From IMG/VR virus record IMGVR_UViG_3300021960_000026: a stretch of DNA of 64,000 nt. The stretch is one strand, 5' to 3'. Source of the stretch: an uncultured virus (IMG/VR IMGVR_UViG_3300021960_000026) (taxonomy: Duplodnaviria > Heunggongvirae > Uroviricota > Caudoviricetes). Numbering within the stretch: position 1 is the stretch's first letter; each line of letters starts with the position of its first letter. Shown piece by piece: positions 1 through 9,423 of this stretch. The translations under genes and the position numbers were made by a program. Below the pieces are notes generated by a model. The model ran no database searches, was not told the origin of the DNA, and saw only the letters and a program-made list of their open reading frames with translations.

Positions 1-114
1 ATAATATTTCTCCTTGTTAAGATTAAATTATGTAAACAGATCGTGGGTGAGTAAAAATTACAAGTCCCACTTGAGTCTACAACGTAAGAATGTTCTTACA
101 CTCTTACTTATAAT

Positions 115-143
115 ATTATATGATACTGTTATAAAAAAATCAA
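115..143 (-). promoter_or_regulatory. sigma70-like promoter TTGATT-17-TATAAT for a gene starting at the left window edge
   Basis: Minus strand reads TTGATT (138-143), 17 nt, TATAAT (115-120); an AGGAGA ribosome-binding site follows near positions 9-14. Confidence 0.6.
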
Positions 144-163
144 TACAGAAAATCATTAATTTA

Positions 164-775
164 CTATGCAGATATTCCTGCCGGTGTCCACTCCGGAGGC
201 CATGTCCACGATATGATAGAATATTTGATTCCTGATTTTAAAGGTGTAGAGTAATGCGGATGACTAACTGTGCTAGGCCATATCATTGCATGACCTATCG
301 GAACGTTTCTACTATTAAAATTTTGTCTTGGAAATATTAAATCACATCCGTCGTAATCGTTATTCAATTTAATATTAAATGTAAGATAACTAGCATCGTT
401 ATGTAAATCAGCGCATTGGTCAACTTTATCGTATCTAATGATGTAAGGCGAAAACCATCCCTTAATATCTGCAGAAGCATCTGTAAACACTTCTGAAATT
501 ATGGGTAATGCAAATTTTTTATACTGACTAACAAAATATTCTGATATGCTAGGATCTATATCGTCAAACTTTATATCATTCCAGCCAATATTTTTTCCGG
601 ACTTACCATACCAAACAATATCTTTTGAAAAATTATTTCTGTATTCTTCTGCTACTGATATTAAATCATTACAGAATTCCTGAGTCCAAAAAGGAGTAAT
701 GATTATATCATTTTCTACTTTATAATCTTTACCGCAGTTTGGATCAAGTGATTTATTAAAATCTAAAACAACCAT
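164..775 (-). CDS. 2OG-Fe(II) dioxygenase, lysyl-hydroxylase (PLOD C-terminal)-like
   Basis: IIRY...HNDAS (HxD)...LNNDYDG..L.FP...G.A.IWP...H.H...G.KY motifs; start moved to ATG 775, 5 nt after TAAATA (781-786). Confidence 0.8.
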   Translation of the reverse strand: MVVLDFNKSLDPNCGKDYKVENDIIITPFWTQEFCNDLISVAEEYRNNFSKDIVWYGKSGKNIGWNDIKFDDIDPSISEYFVSQYKKFALPIISEVFTDASADIKGWFSPYIIRYDKVDQCADLHNDASYLTFNIKLNNDYDGCDLIFPRQNFNSRNVPIGHAMIWPSTVSHPHYSTPLKSGIKYSIISWTWPPEWTPAGISA

Positions 776-821
776 GCACATATTTACATGATTGTTTTAG
801 AATTAATTTATTTTGTGAGTT

Positions 822-2813
822 TTATTGAAATGCTAAATTTTTGATACGTTCTAATTCTTCTAGCTCTTCAGCACCTTGTTCTTGGTGTGGAGCCATTCTT
901 TCTACAAATTTACGTGCTACTGATTCAGCCTGTTCGCCAAATTTCTTGCCTACCATTGTACATACGCCTTCTGGACCTTTTGGAAATGTTCCTGAATTTT
1001 TATCATAGAATGAATTAATAAACTCAGCAACAGCCTCTAATGTGTGTTCTTCACCATCAGAAGTTTTAAACTTAGTTCCTTTCTTAGCGCCTTGTGCCTT
1101 AAGGTCTTGAACTTTCTTAGAAAATTCATTACCTTCTCTCATATCAAGTTCGTGTTGAACTCTTTCAAGTCCGTGCTTCTTAACCTGTTCGATCATGTCG
1201 TCGATAACTTTATTAGCATATTGTTCGTCATCGTTTGCGCCATCGCCGTATTTTAAATCTTCAAGACCTTTAATTGCTTCCTCTTCTGATCCTGCATCTA
1301 GTACTACGCCTTCGCTATCAGTGATTGCCATATCCCAAGCATTACCGCCTTCCTTGACATTGTCTTCTTCTTGTTGTGGTTCAACTTCGTCTGCACCAAC
1401 TGCTGGAGCATCAGCCATGTCTCCAAAGTCCAATTGGTCAAGTACATCAGGAGCATTTTCTTCTACCCAAGACTTGACCAACGGACGAATGTCTGAGTTA
1501 GCATCTTCGGTTGCCTTTTTCTTAATGTCTTGTTCTAGTTTAGGATCTTCGATAATGCCTTCTAAACTTGAGATAGCATTCGTGCCATCCACGCCTGCTG
1601 AAAAATCTTGGCCTACTAGTTCATTTAACTTCTTAATTAAGTCTGCCTTTTCTTCGTCGTCGGCTATTACAATTGGAGATTCCTCTCCTAGTGTATCAAC
1701 CCATGCTTCGAATTTCGCCATTGGGTGTTCTGCTTCTACAGTACCTTGAGTTACCTCTGCTTCTTCTGTACCTATCATTCCGACTATGTCGTCATAGCCT
1801 ACACTCTCTTCTTCTTTCATTAATCTGTATAATACTGGAAATACTGAAGTTAGGTCTTCCTTGAAATTTTTGACTGTGAATTTTTCTTTGTATTCTTCCA
1901 TTACATCATCTGGGACTTCCATTGCCTCAGGTGCCTGGAATTCTGCTACATAGTTTTCATAATGTGCCTGCTTGGATAGTCTAGCAATTCTTTCTCTTAA
2001 TCCATCCAATTGTGCCTTGCTGCGCTCAACGATATTATTTGTGTCGGAGTTCATTAAATCGTTACGCACACAGTAGTTTGTAAAACTTTTTAGTTGGGCA
2101 ATCTCTTCACTCATTCTAATAATGCTTTCACCAATAGTGTCATATGGTAACCCGCCGTTAGCCACGTGACGCTGCATTGCTCTAGCACCCGCTAAGTGAA
2201 TGAAAGGATACTTAAATCTTTCTCCATCTTGGTTTTCAACGAACAATGCGGAAATATTTCTTGCTCTGTCTCCTGGCTTTTGTTCGTGATCATCAGCAAG
2301 TGTCTTGCTGTGTTTAATAATTAATCTTGTATCTAATAACTTCTGGAAACTCTGTGTCTTGGTTCCATAAAGGTTGCTCTCATTCATTACTGTTTCTCCG
2401 ACGGGTTTTGTGATTGTATCGCTATCTGACTTTGGTGTAGAATGTTGGCTAAGGAATGCATAATCTCTCTTGTCCAAATTATCCTTGGCAATGTCTCTGG
2501 TGTCAAATGCTAATAATCTACGTTTTGCAAACATTCTTAATTCTTTAAGAAAATCATACCAGTTGTTCTTTTGATCTGAATCCATTCCTTCGGTAATACC
2601 GTTTGAAAAGTATACCTTCATTGAATTAGGTTCTGCTAGGCTAATGCTAACATGACCTATGTTTTTATCACCTTCAGTGTAGTCAAAATCAAAGAAACGA
2701 GCGTCCTCAGGGTTAATTGTAATTTGCCCTGTTGATTCTCCTAGTTTTAAACCTGTAAATCTACTTCTAATTTTGTAGAATAGATCCGTTGCTATATTAT
2801 TGGTTGCATCCAT
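822..2813 (-). CDS. Large acidic phage protein, possibly head-associated
   Basis: 663-aa ORF directly downstream of terminase, with its own TAAATA box (2821-2826); acidic C-terminal half ending ELERIKNLAFQ. Confidence 0.55.
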   Translation of the reverse strand: MDATNNIATDLFYKIRSRFTGLKLGESTGQITINPEDARFFDFDYTEGDKNIGHVSISLAEPNSMKVYFSNGITEGMDSDQKNNWYDFLKELRMFAKRRLLAFDTRDIAKDNLDKRDYAFLSQHSTPKSDSDTITKPVGETVMNESNLYGTKTQSFQKLLDTRLIIKHSKTLADDHEQKPGDRARNISALFVENQDGERFKYPFIHLAGARAMQRHVANGGLPYDTIGESIIRMSEEIAQLKSFTNYCVRNDLMNSDTNNIVERSKAQLDGLRERIARLSKQAHYENYVAEFQAPEAMEVPDDVMEEYKEKFTVKNFKEDLTSVFPVLYRLMKEEESVGYDDIVGMIGTEEAEVTQGTVEAEHPMAKFEAWVDTLGEESPIVIADDEEKADLIKKLNELVGQDFSAGVDGTNAISSLEGIIEDPKLEQDIKKKATEDANSDIRPLVKSWVEENAPDVLDQLDFGDMADAPAVGADEVEPQQEEDNVKEGGNAWDMAITDSEGVVLDAGSEEEAIKGLEDLKYGDGANDDEQYANKVIDDMIEQVKKHGLERVQHELDMREGNEFSKKVQDLKAQGAKKGTKFKTSDGEEHTLEAVAEFINSFYDKNSGTFPKGPEGVCTMVGKKFGEQAESVARKFVERMAPHQEQGAEELEELERIKNLAFQ

Positions 2814-2826
2814 AGTAAAGTATTTA

Positions 2827-4416
2827 TCAAAAACCTCCTGATACGAATATTGGCATTGGGAACTGGTCTTCCGTCATTCTTTCGGTCATTTTTTCGTATA
2901 TTTTTGGATCCCAGTTAGCCAACTGATTAGCCATACGCACAATTAGCAGTGTTGCCGACACTAGATCGTCATGTTCTCCCGTTTTGGCACTGTAGCCCAA
3001 TCCTGTTGCTACAAATGTTTTTAATTCTGATATTAAGGGCTTGCTGTGCAATTTCATCTTATCACGCTCAATTGCATTTTTAAGTCCACTACAAGCAGTT
3101 ATCTTTGTTTTGTGTGTAGTGTTAAATCCTTTTCTATATTTTCTAACGTGTCCCTTTCTAATTGGCTCGCTAAGGAATAATCCGTGGAAATTTTCTTCGC
3201 CGATATCATTAATAACGACCAATGCTGCTTCACCGATTGTGTTATTTTCACAACTGTAATAGATTGTAGGAGTTTGGTTTCCACCTTCAACTGCTTCGTC
3301 GTGTATGTATTTTAAGATGTCCTTAAGGATTCTTATTTGTTGTTGAATTGGAGTTAGGTTATGTCTCCATTCACCGACCTGTTCCATAGATGGCATTTCA
3401 AATATCTGAATGGCTGCGTAGTCACCTCCGGTTCCTAAACTAGGATCAAGAGAAACAAGATAGGTTGCTCTAGGATCAATTTTCTTATACCAGCGTGTTT
3501 GTCCTGTGTTGTGTGTTGGTTCATTACCTTCGAGTGCTGCAAGTTTAATACTGTTTATGAGCGTTTCATCAAAGATTAAAAACTCACAATCAAACTCTCG
3601 ACGGAATCTTTCCTCTCCGATCTTAGCACGTTCCTCATTTGCCCATGCTTCGTCTCTGTCAGGGTGTTCGTCCCAATGCGCGAAGAAAGGATAAAATCCG
3701 TTAGTACCTACTTTCTGATCGTTTCCGTGTTCATCAAACTTTTTATTTGCTTCAGTCCAGATCATGGCAAACTGATCTTCATCCGAGTTTGGTGTTGATG
3801 TTACGATCGCTTTACCACCTGTTGACAGTGTGGGCGAAAGTGCAGTCCAAAATTCTTTGGCTTTTTCGGGTGGTTGCACGAATGCAAACTCGTCACAGTA
3901 TATTAATGAAAGTGACTTACCTCGTCCAGTGTCTTCTGTCGTTGTGGTTGCTTGTATTCGACTACCATTATCAAATTCAATTGTATTTCTGTTGTATGTA
4001 TAGATACCAGCACGAATAAAGTCAGGCAAGTTTTCATAACCGAATCTATATCTATTCATGATGTCCTGGGCACCTGTGTACTTGTGTGCTGCAATTAATA
4101 CCTGTGCTTCTGGCGTGAACATACAATACCATAAGAGATACGCTGCCGCACAAGTTGTCTTGCCCATCTGTCTCGGTAGCATGGCAATGGTATATCTATA
4201 ATCGTGATATGCTCTTAAAAGATCTTCCTGATAGCCATAAGGAACAAATTTCATAGAACCCTTAGTAGGGTGTTGGATCTTGATAAAGTTCTTAGCAAAG
4301 TATAGTGGACCGTCAACAGGATCCATGCATGCTTCTAGATGCTTAACTTCTTCTAATGTATATTTTTGTTTGCTATGGGCCTTCTTAATCTGAACGCCAT
4401 CTAAACTCTTTGCCAT
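2827..4416 (-). CDS. gp17: Terminase large subunit
   Basis: Walker A PRQMGKTT, GRGKS, Walker B LIYCDEFAFV, TSTPN coupling motif, RuvC-like LDPSLG..GDY and HDDLV. Confidence 0.97.
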   Translation of the reverse strand: MAKSLDGVQIKKAHSKQKYTLEEVKHLEACMDPVDGPLYFAKNFIKIQHPTKGSMKFVPYGYQEDLLRAYHDYRYTIAMLPRQMGKTTCAAAYLLWYCMFTPEAQVLIAAHKYTGAQDIMNRYRFGYENLPDFIRAGIYTYNRNTIEFDNGSRIQATTTTEDTGRGKSLSLIYCDEFAFVQPPEKAKEFWTALSPTLSTGGKAIVTSTPNSDEDQFAMIWTEANKKFDEHGNDQKVGTNGFYPFFAHWDEHPDRDEAWANEERAKIGEERFRREFDCEFLIFDETLINSIKLAALEGNEPTHNTGQTRWYKKIDPRATYLVSLDPSLGTGGDYAAIQIFEMPSMEQVGEWRHNLTPIQQQIRILKDILKYIHDEAVEGGNQTPTIYYSCENNTIGEAALVVINDIGEENFHGLFLSEPIRKGHVRKYRKGFNTTHKTKITACSGLKNAIERDKMKLHSKPLISELKTFVATGLGYSAKTGEHDDLVSATLLIVRMANQLANWDPKIYEKMTERMTEDQFPMPIFVSGGF

Positions 4417-4435
4417 ACTAGTATTTACCCAAGAA

Positions 4436-4457
4436 AATAGGGCCTTGCGGCCCTATT
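4436..4457 (-). terminator. Rho-independent terminator
   Basis: AATAGGGCC-GCAA-GGCCCTATT followed by TTCTT on the minus strand, after the 142-aa ORF. Confidence 0.8.
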
Positions 4458-4478
4458 GGATAGATATGAAATTGTTTA

Positions 4479-4907
4479 TTATGCTAGATTGAAACTTGTT
4501 TTTACTGTGCAAGTAACTGCTGTCATATCAAATGAATTATTACCATATGTAGCACCTAATGCAATAATTTCATCTTCAATTTGTTCTACTAGTGTTTCTG
4601 CACCTGCTCCATCCCAATTTTGTGTATCATTTGCCATTTCCACAGCAAATGCCATTACTTGGTTAGTGGAGTGTAAGTCGCCTCTAATAACGATAGTAGC
4701 ATACTTACCAATGATTTCAACAACTGCTTGAATTGCTTCATTAGCACCAACTTCTGCGTCTGCTGCTGCACCAAAGTCAACTTCAAATAATGTTAAATCT
4801 TTATTTCCAGCATAATCAATTGTAGAAACGCTTGAGGCTGGTTTACGATTTTCTGCAACTAATACTGAGCTGCCGCCACCGATTGTTGTTGTTAATAAGT
4901 TTGCCAT
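4479..4907 (-). CDS. Putative small virion structural protein
   Basis: 142 aa, AGGAG RBS, followed by a terminator; Ala/Thr/Val-rich; no family recognised. Confidence 0.5.
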   Translation of the reverse strand: MANLLTTTIGGGSSVLVAENRKPASSVSTIDYAGNKDLTLFEVDFGAAADAEVGANEAIQAVVEIIGKYATIVIRGDLHSTNQVMAFAVEMANDTQNWDGAGAETLVEQIEDEIIALGATYGNNSFDMTAVTCTVKTSFNLA

Positions 4908-5674
4908 TATTTCGCTCCTTTAGTTTCTGCTAATGCTCTCATTAATTCTGCTTTGATAGAAGCACGAAGATCTTCACCTTCTTTGACACGCTGCATAGGA
5001 TTGTCTCCACCAGCAACTTTAGGATGGGTGGCCTTCATTCTGTTCATGCCGCCTGACATTTTCTTAGTCATGAATTCGATGTCTCTTTCATCTTCATCTG
5101 GCTCATTAGCGTATGCTTCGTCTTTTTCTTTTTTCTCCATGTCATGATCATCCATGTCATGGTCACCGTCGTCATCTCTGTCAACAGTCTTGTGTAATTT
5201 TTCTTCTTCGTCGTGATCTTTTTCGTGACGGTCTAGTTTGCCATCATCGTCATAATCGTTGTCTTCACCTTCGTCGCCCATTGCCTTGATGGAAACCATA
5301 TCCTTTTCACCGCCTGGCATGTCATCATTGTCTCCGTCAAAGTCTGGTAACAATTTGTTAATTGGCTTAGGCATCATAGGACCTTCTGGTGCATCCAATC
5401 CGCCCATTGGTGGAATAATACTCATAGTTGGCATTTCTGGTTTGTCGCTGCCACCCATCTTTTTAATGAGTGCCATTACGTCATCAATGGCATCGCCTTG
5501 TGCATTAATGTTAATGCTCATTGAAGCCTTGTCCTTAGGCTCTGGTGCCGGCATTCCCATTGGCATTGGGTTTTCTGGCATCATGCCGCACTCATCTGTT
5601 TGCGCATCTACAGGTGCTTCAGTCTTTACTGCGTCTAGTTCCTGCATTTTGGCTAATAGTTCTTGAAAGTTCAT
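4907..5674 (-). CDS. Low-complexity Asp/Met/Pro-rich protein, possible internal head protein
   Basis: 255 aa; DxDxD(G) motifs; N-terminus MNFQELL. Confidence 0.55.
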   Translation of the reverse strand: MNFQELLAKMQELDAVKTEAPVDAQTDECGMMPENPMPMGMPAPEPKDKASMSININAQGDAIDDVMALIKKMGGSDKPEMPTMSIIPPMGGLDAPEGPMMPKPINKLLPDFDGDNDDMPGGEKDMVSIKAMGDEGEDNDYDDDGKLDRHEKDHDEEEKLHKTVDRDDDGDHDMDDHDMEKKEKDEAYANEPDEDERDIEFMTKKMSGGMNRMKATHPKVAGGDNPMQRVKEGEDLRASIKAELMRALAETKGAK

Positions 5675-5675
5675 A

Positions 5676-6266
5676 TTAGTTACTCCCTACAGGACTTTTT
5701 GCGCCTGCTTTATCTTGTTTTAATTTTGGTGTGTCTTGATAAACATCTGCTTTTAGTTTATCATGACCCAGTTCTTTTTTTCTTTCTTTTGCTTCCTTAG
5801 AAAGTTCCTTTAGGAAACTCTTATTGAAGTCATCGCCAAAATACTCTTTGTGCTTGACTTTCATACCGTCCTTGTATTCGTTATCGTGCAGTAATGCGCC
5901 TTCATAACTTGCATTATCGCCTGCTGTAATTTGATCAATTTCGCTAGGACTTGCACTGTTACGCACCTTGTAGTAACCTGGTTGGCAACAGCCCATTTCA
6001 AAAATCTCTTTTTCAATTTCAGTGGTAGTTAAAGGATACTCAGTCATTACATCAAATGTATGAACTTCCATGTTTTTTAATTCTGGAAATTCATGTGGTG
6101 ATTCTGTAACAGGAGTAGATTTCATCTGCTCAAAATTCATAACACCGCGATTTTCAAGCCTTGCTTTTAAATCGTCAGCAAACCCTTCTGGTAAATCACC
6201 AGCGAGTTTTACCTTAAAACTGTATGTTTTCTTGCTCTCTGACAAGTATTCTTTAAACGTCTTCAT
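5676..6266 (-). CDS. Putative head protein with capsid-targeting-like N-terminus
   Basis: Starts MKTFKEYLSE (compare T4 internal-protein MKTYQEFIAE); TAAATA 5 nt upstream. Confidence 0.55.
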   Translation of the reverse strand: MKTFKEYLSESKKTYSFKVKLAGDLPEGFADDLKARLENRGVMNFEQMKSTPVTESPHEFPELKNMEVHTFDVMTEYPLTTTEIEKEIFEMGCCQPGYYKVRNSASPSEIDQITAGDNASYEGALLHDNEYKDGMKVKHKEYFGDDFNKSFLKELSKEAKERKKELGHDKLKADVYQDTPKLKQDKAGAKSPVGSN

Positions 6267-6274
6267 ATGTATAT

Positions 6275-6784
6275 TTATTCCTTTCCGCTCAATTTCTTAA
6301 TTAATTCATTGCGATCTAGCATTACATAACCCTTTCCATCTAGCACATCATTAGGATCTTCTGGGCTATCTTGGTCAATTTTGAGTTTTTTCAACTGTAA
6401 ATCAACTGCTTTTAACTTCTTATCAACCTTTGCTGTTTTTGCATCTATTGCATTTTTGAGCATGCTACTCGCAACTTCAAAAATACGGCCACTGTATCTA
6501 ACTTCTACATTCATGCCCAAATCCATTAGATCGTCATAGGCTTGTTCTGCCTTAGAGGCTAGATGATCAAGATCCTTTTCCTCTAGGCCATCTAATTCTC
6601 TTATTTGTGGCAAATCCTTAGTAATATTTTGCACTGCTTCAAGACTATCATTTAGATTTCGAATTTCTCGATGCTTTTCGTCATCGGTACTATCAGCAAC
6701 AACTTCGGTCTCCACAGGTGTGGGATTTTCAGTTACTTCTTCTTTATCTTCCAAATTAAATAGTTCTTCTAATTTCTTAGTCAT
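6275..6784 (-). CDS. gp16: Probable terminase small subunit
   Basis: 169 aa, helical; DLMDLG...RIFEVASSML..A resembles the gp16 PR.(Y/F)EV core; upstream of gp17 on the same strand. Confidence 0.55.
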   Translation of the reverse strand: MTKKLEELFNLEDKEEVTENPTPVETEVVADSTDDEKHREIRNLNDSLEAVQNITKDLPQIRELDGLEEKDLDHLASKAEQAYDDLMDLGMNVEVRYSGRIFEVASSMLKNAIDAKTAKVDKKLKAVDLQLKKLKIDQDSPEDPNDVLDGKGYVMLDRNELIKKLSGKE

Positions 6785-6792
6785 AATATTAC

Positions 6793-7233
6793 TTATCGTC
6801 TCTTTGAGCCAGTGTGAAAAATATCATCTTCGCTTACGATTCTAAATCTAAGTCTTTTTTGTTTACACCAAGCAGCAGCCGCTTCCCACTTTGCTTGATT
6901 CTTTATGTATTGTTCTTGATTATATCTACTCTTTCCAACCTTCTCTCTTAGAGTTTGATTGGCTGGTTTTACTTCTACTACCTCAGCATTTTTCTTGCCA
7001 TTCCTGTCTTGGTACACTATAAAAAAATCAGGAACATATATTGTGTATTTGCCAGTAAGCGGATCTCTATAAGGTATCTGTATACTTTCGCTGGCCCAAC
7101 TCTGTACTCCTGGGTGTTCGTCAAGCATTCTCATAAAAACAAATTCCCAACTACTCCTAGCAAGTGGTTTTTTTGTACCTACATACTTGCTCGGGTTTTT
7201 CATTTCAAATCGACCCTGTGCAAATTTAGGCAT
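6793..7233 (-). CDS. gp4: Head completion protein (TnsA-like PD-(D/E)xK nuclease fold)
   Basis: KNP.KY.G, RSSWE, W.SE...IPY, YVPDF, EVKP, N.AKW.AA..WC motifs of T4-like gp4. Confidence 0.9.
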   Translation of the reverse strand: MPKFAQGRFEMKNPSKYVGTKKPLARSSWEFVFMRMLDEHPGVQSWASESIQIPYRDPLTGKYTIYVPDFFIVYQDRNGKKNAEVVEVKPANQTLREKVGKSRYNQEQYIKNQAKWEAAAAWCKQKRLRFRIVSEDDIFHTGSKRR

Positions 7234-7604
7234 TATGGTACCACGTTACGTTGTTTGGATACAGTTGATATCTCTTGTCTATATCCCAGTGTCGACGTTG
7301 CTGGTCTATTATTGTTTAATATTTCTCCGACAAGAGCACTTATATCTATATCATCTAATCCTCTCAGATCATCCAGTATTGTAAAAATGTTCAAGCCTTC
7401 CAACTTAGCCTGTTTCAATAGGCTCAGCGAAGTAACTCTTGCCGCATCATCGGAAAATCCTTTTGAGGTAAAAAATCCTATAGTTGTGTCTACTTCGGTT
7501 GCATTGAATTGCAATGGCTCTTGGCCATACGTGTCAAAAAATAATCTCGTTCTCGCTGCGCTGTCTTGAATTAATTTTTCTGGTAAGTTGGTTTTTGCTG
7601 TCAT
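7233..7604 (-). CDS. Hypothetical protein
   Basis: 123-aa ORF, translationally coupled to gp4. Confidence 0.6.
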   Translation of the reverse strand: MTAKTNLPEKLIQDSAARTRLFFDTYGQEPLQFNATEVDTTIGFFTSKGFSDDAARVTSLSLLKQAKLEGLNIFTILDDLRGLDDIDISALVGEILNNNRPATSTLGYRQEISTVSKQRNVVP

Positions 7605-7614
7605 AATCTTTACC

Positions 7615-8709
7615 TTATGAGAAATTTACTGGAGGTACAACAGTTTTTTGAGATCCTGATGTAGTTGAATTATTAGTATCGTTCTTCTTAAATATTGCTC
7701 CAGCAACTCCGCTAATGGTATTGGCAACTGCTGCGGCCCCTGCCGGGCTTGAAAGAATATTAATTGCTTCACCCTTCAATCCAGCCTTGGATAATCCTTT
7801 AAAATTCTTATAGGTATTTACTGCCTTGATTGCTGTTCCTAAAAAGTTTTGACCTGAACTAAATGCGGATCCATCTCCAACTGCACCAAATACTTGTTCG
7901 AGACCGTCGAGCACACCACCGGAACCAAGCAATGCTCCTGTGCCGCCGCCGGCCATATCAAGTGGTGAAGGTGAACGATCATAATGTAGTGTTGCGAACC
8001 CTTTGGGCGTTCCTTCAAAAACTCTTCCGGCACTGTAAACAACAGCCTCGTATTCTAATGTCATTTTTGACTCAGCCGGAGTTGAAGCATCGGCATAGTC
8101 CATGCTGCCATGATCCCAGTTTGTAATCTTAGGATTGATTAGTGTGTATCCAATGAAGCGTCTTCTACCCATTGTATAAATTGTTACTGACTTGAACAGG
8201 GGTGTGCTTATATCGTTGTCTAAACCGTATCTAAAATTATCAGAAAGTGTTCCGGCGTTTCTATAATGATTTGCGTCCCATGCAGCCGGTTCTGTGTTTG
8301 CTCTATCTCTAACATAATAACCATAATAGATTGCCCACAATGCACTAACTATTCCTTGGTTATCATCATGGAATGTTAAACTTACAGGATCGTAGTTAAT
8401 CATCTTGTACACTATTTTCTTTCTATTGTACTGATTAAAAGTTTCCGTTGTAAAATTAAATTTTGGTAGATCGGCTGTTTTTACTAGTAATCCAACTTCA
8501 TTAGTATGCTTGGCAGTAAAGTTGGCTGCTTTATGTGCTGAATTATCTAATTCAATTCTTAAATAATAATTAAATTTCGTCTTTGGAGCAAGACGCATGT
8601 TATCATCGATGAACAAGCGTGTAGCGTGTGTATAGTTTGCTACTCTGCCCTTGGGATTTGTTATTCCCGTAAAGATATCTGTCAAAAATCTAGTGAATTT
8701 GTTTGCCAT
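7615..8709 (-). CDS. Tail-tube-like / baseplate-tube junction protein (gp19/gp54-like)
   Basis: DLPKF..ET.NQYNRK...Y.PV.LTFHDD...L.NP.IT..D...DY...MTL.YE tube-fold pattern; adjacent to gp19. Confidence 0.65.
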   Translation of the reverse strand: MANKFTRFLTDIFTGITNPKGRVANYTHATRLFIDDNMRLAPKTKFNYYLRIELDNSAHKAANFTAKHTNEVGLLVKTADLPKFNFTTETFNQYNRKKIVYKMINYDPVSLTFHDDNQGIVSALWAIYYGYYVRDRANTEPAAWDANHYRNAGTLSDNFRYGLDNDISTPLFKSVTIYTMGRRRFIGYTLINPKITNWDHGSMDYADASTPAESKMTLEYEAVVYSAGRVFEGTPKGFATLHYDRSPSPLDMAGGGTGALLGSGGVLDGLEQVFGAVGDGSAFSSGQNFLGTAIKAVNTYKNFKGLSKAGLKGEAINILSSPAGAAAVANTISGVAGAIFKKNDTNNSTTSGSQKTVVPPVNFS

Positions 8710-8725
8710 ACTATTATTTAGCCAT

Positions 8726-8756
8726 AAAAAAAGCCCGGAAAAAATCCGGGCTTTTT
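8726..8756. terminator. Rho-independent terminator (bidirectional form) after tail tube
   Basis: AAAAAAAGCCCGGA-AAAAA-TCCGGGCTTTTT. Confidence 0.85.
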
Positions 8757-8778
8757 AATTTGTGTACTAAGACTAGTA

Positions 8779-9420
8779 TTAGCCTTGTGCTGTACCAGCA
8801 CCAGTAACACCAGAACCAATAGTTCTTTCTACTGCTGCACCGATACCAACACCAACGCCAGTTTCGCCAGCGCCCCATTGTACCATGTTATCAAAGCGGA
8901 TTGTTAGTGCAACCTGCATTGCTTCGTTGGTAGCATAGTTAGCATCACCGTAGTCAACGTTAGTTAGGAAACATCCATACATGTTAGCAGTTTCTAAAAC
9001 GTTAACACCTGCTGGATTGTTACCATTACCACCGTCTAGTACTTCGATCTTAGTAGTAAATTTATAGTCAATACCTGATCTTGCAGAAGCCTGCTCAACA
9101 AAGTCGAACTGTTTCTGAACCTGCTGTCCAACAAGTTTTTGAACCTCACCACTAGCATCGTCACGTAAGTTAAGAGTTAGTGTTTCAAAGGTATACTTAC
9201 CTGCTAGATAAACCTTTGAGTTGTAAACGTCCAGCGTCATTTCTTCAAAACCAACTTTCGGTCTTGAAACATCGACAACCTGTTTTGTAAGTTCAGTAGC
9301 AGCCGCAACTCCGAATCCAAGTAAAGTAACGCGGAAGCGATACTTTAACTTAGGCATCAAGAGCACTTGGTTGCCTGCGTCTGTGGGTACTGAAAAGTTA
9401 TTTAATGATGTAATAGGCAT
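8779..9420 (-). CDS. gp19: Tail tube protein
   Basis: PKLKYRFRV, RP.V.FEE, Y.AGK..F..LTLN.RDD, GCF...VDYGD..Y; directly after the sheath gene. Confidence 0.9.
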   Translation of the reverse strand: MPITSLNNFSVPTDAGNQVLLMPKLKYRFRVTLLGFGVAAATELTKQVVDVSRPKVGFEEMTLDVYNSKVYLAGKYTFETLTLNLRDDASGEVQKLVGQQVQKQFDFVEQASARSGIDYKFTTKIEVLDGGNGNNPAGVNVLETANMYGCFLTNVDYGDANYATNEAMQVALTIRFDNMVQWGAGETGVGVGIGAAVERTIGSGVTGAGTAQG

Positions 9421-9423
9421 TTT

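Noticed and set aside
2827..4416. Intein or intron in terminase, portal or capsid genes
   Set aside because: Lengths are ordinary and motifs are contiguous
6793..7233. Tn7 TnsA transposase / mobile element
   Set aside because: Motifs and context fit T4-like gp4, which shares the fold; no other transposition genes or ends seen
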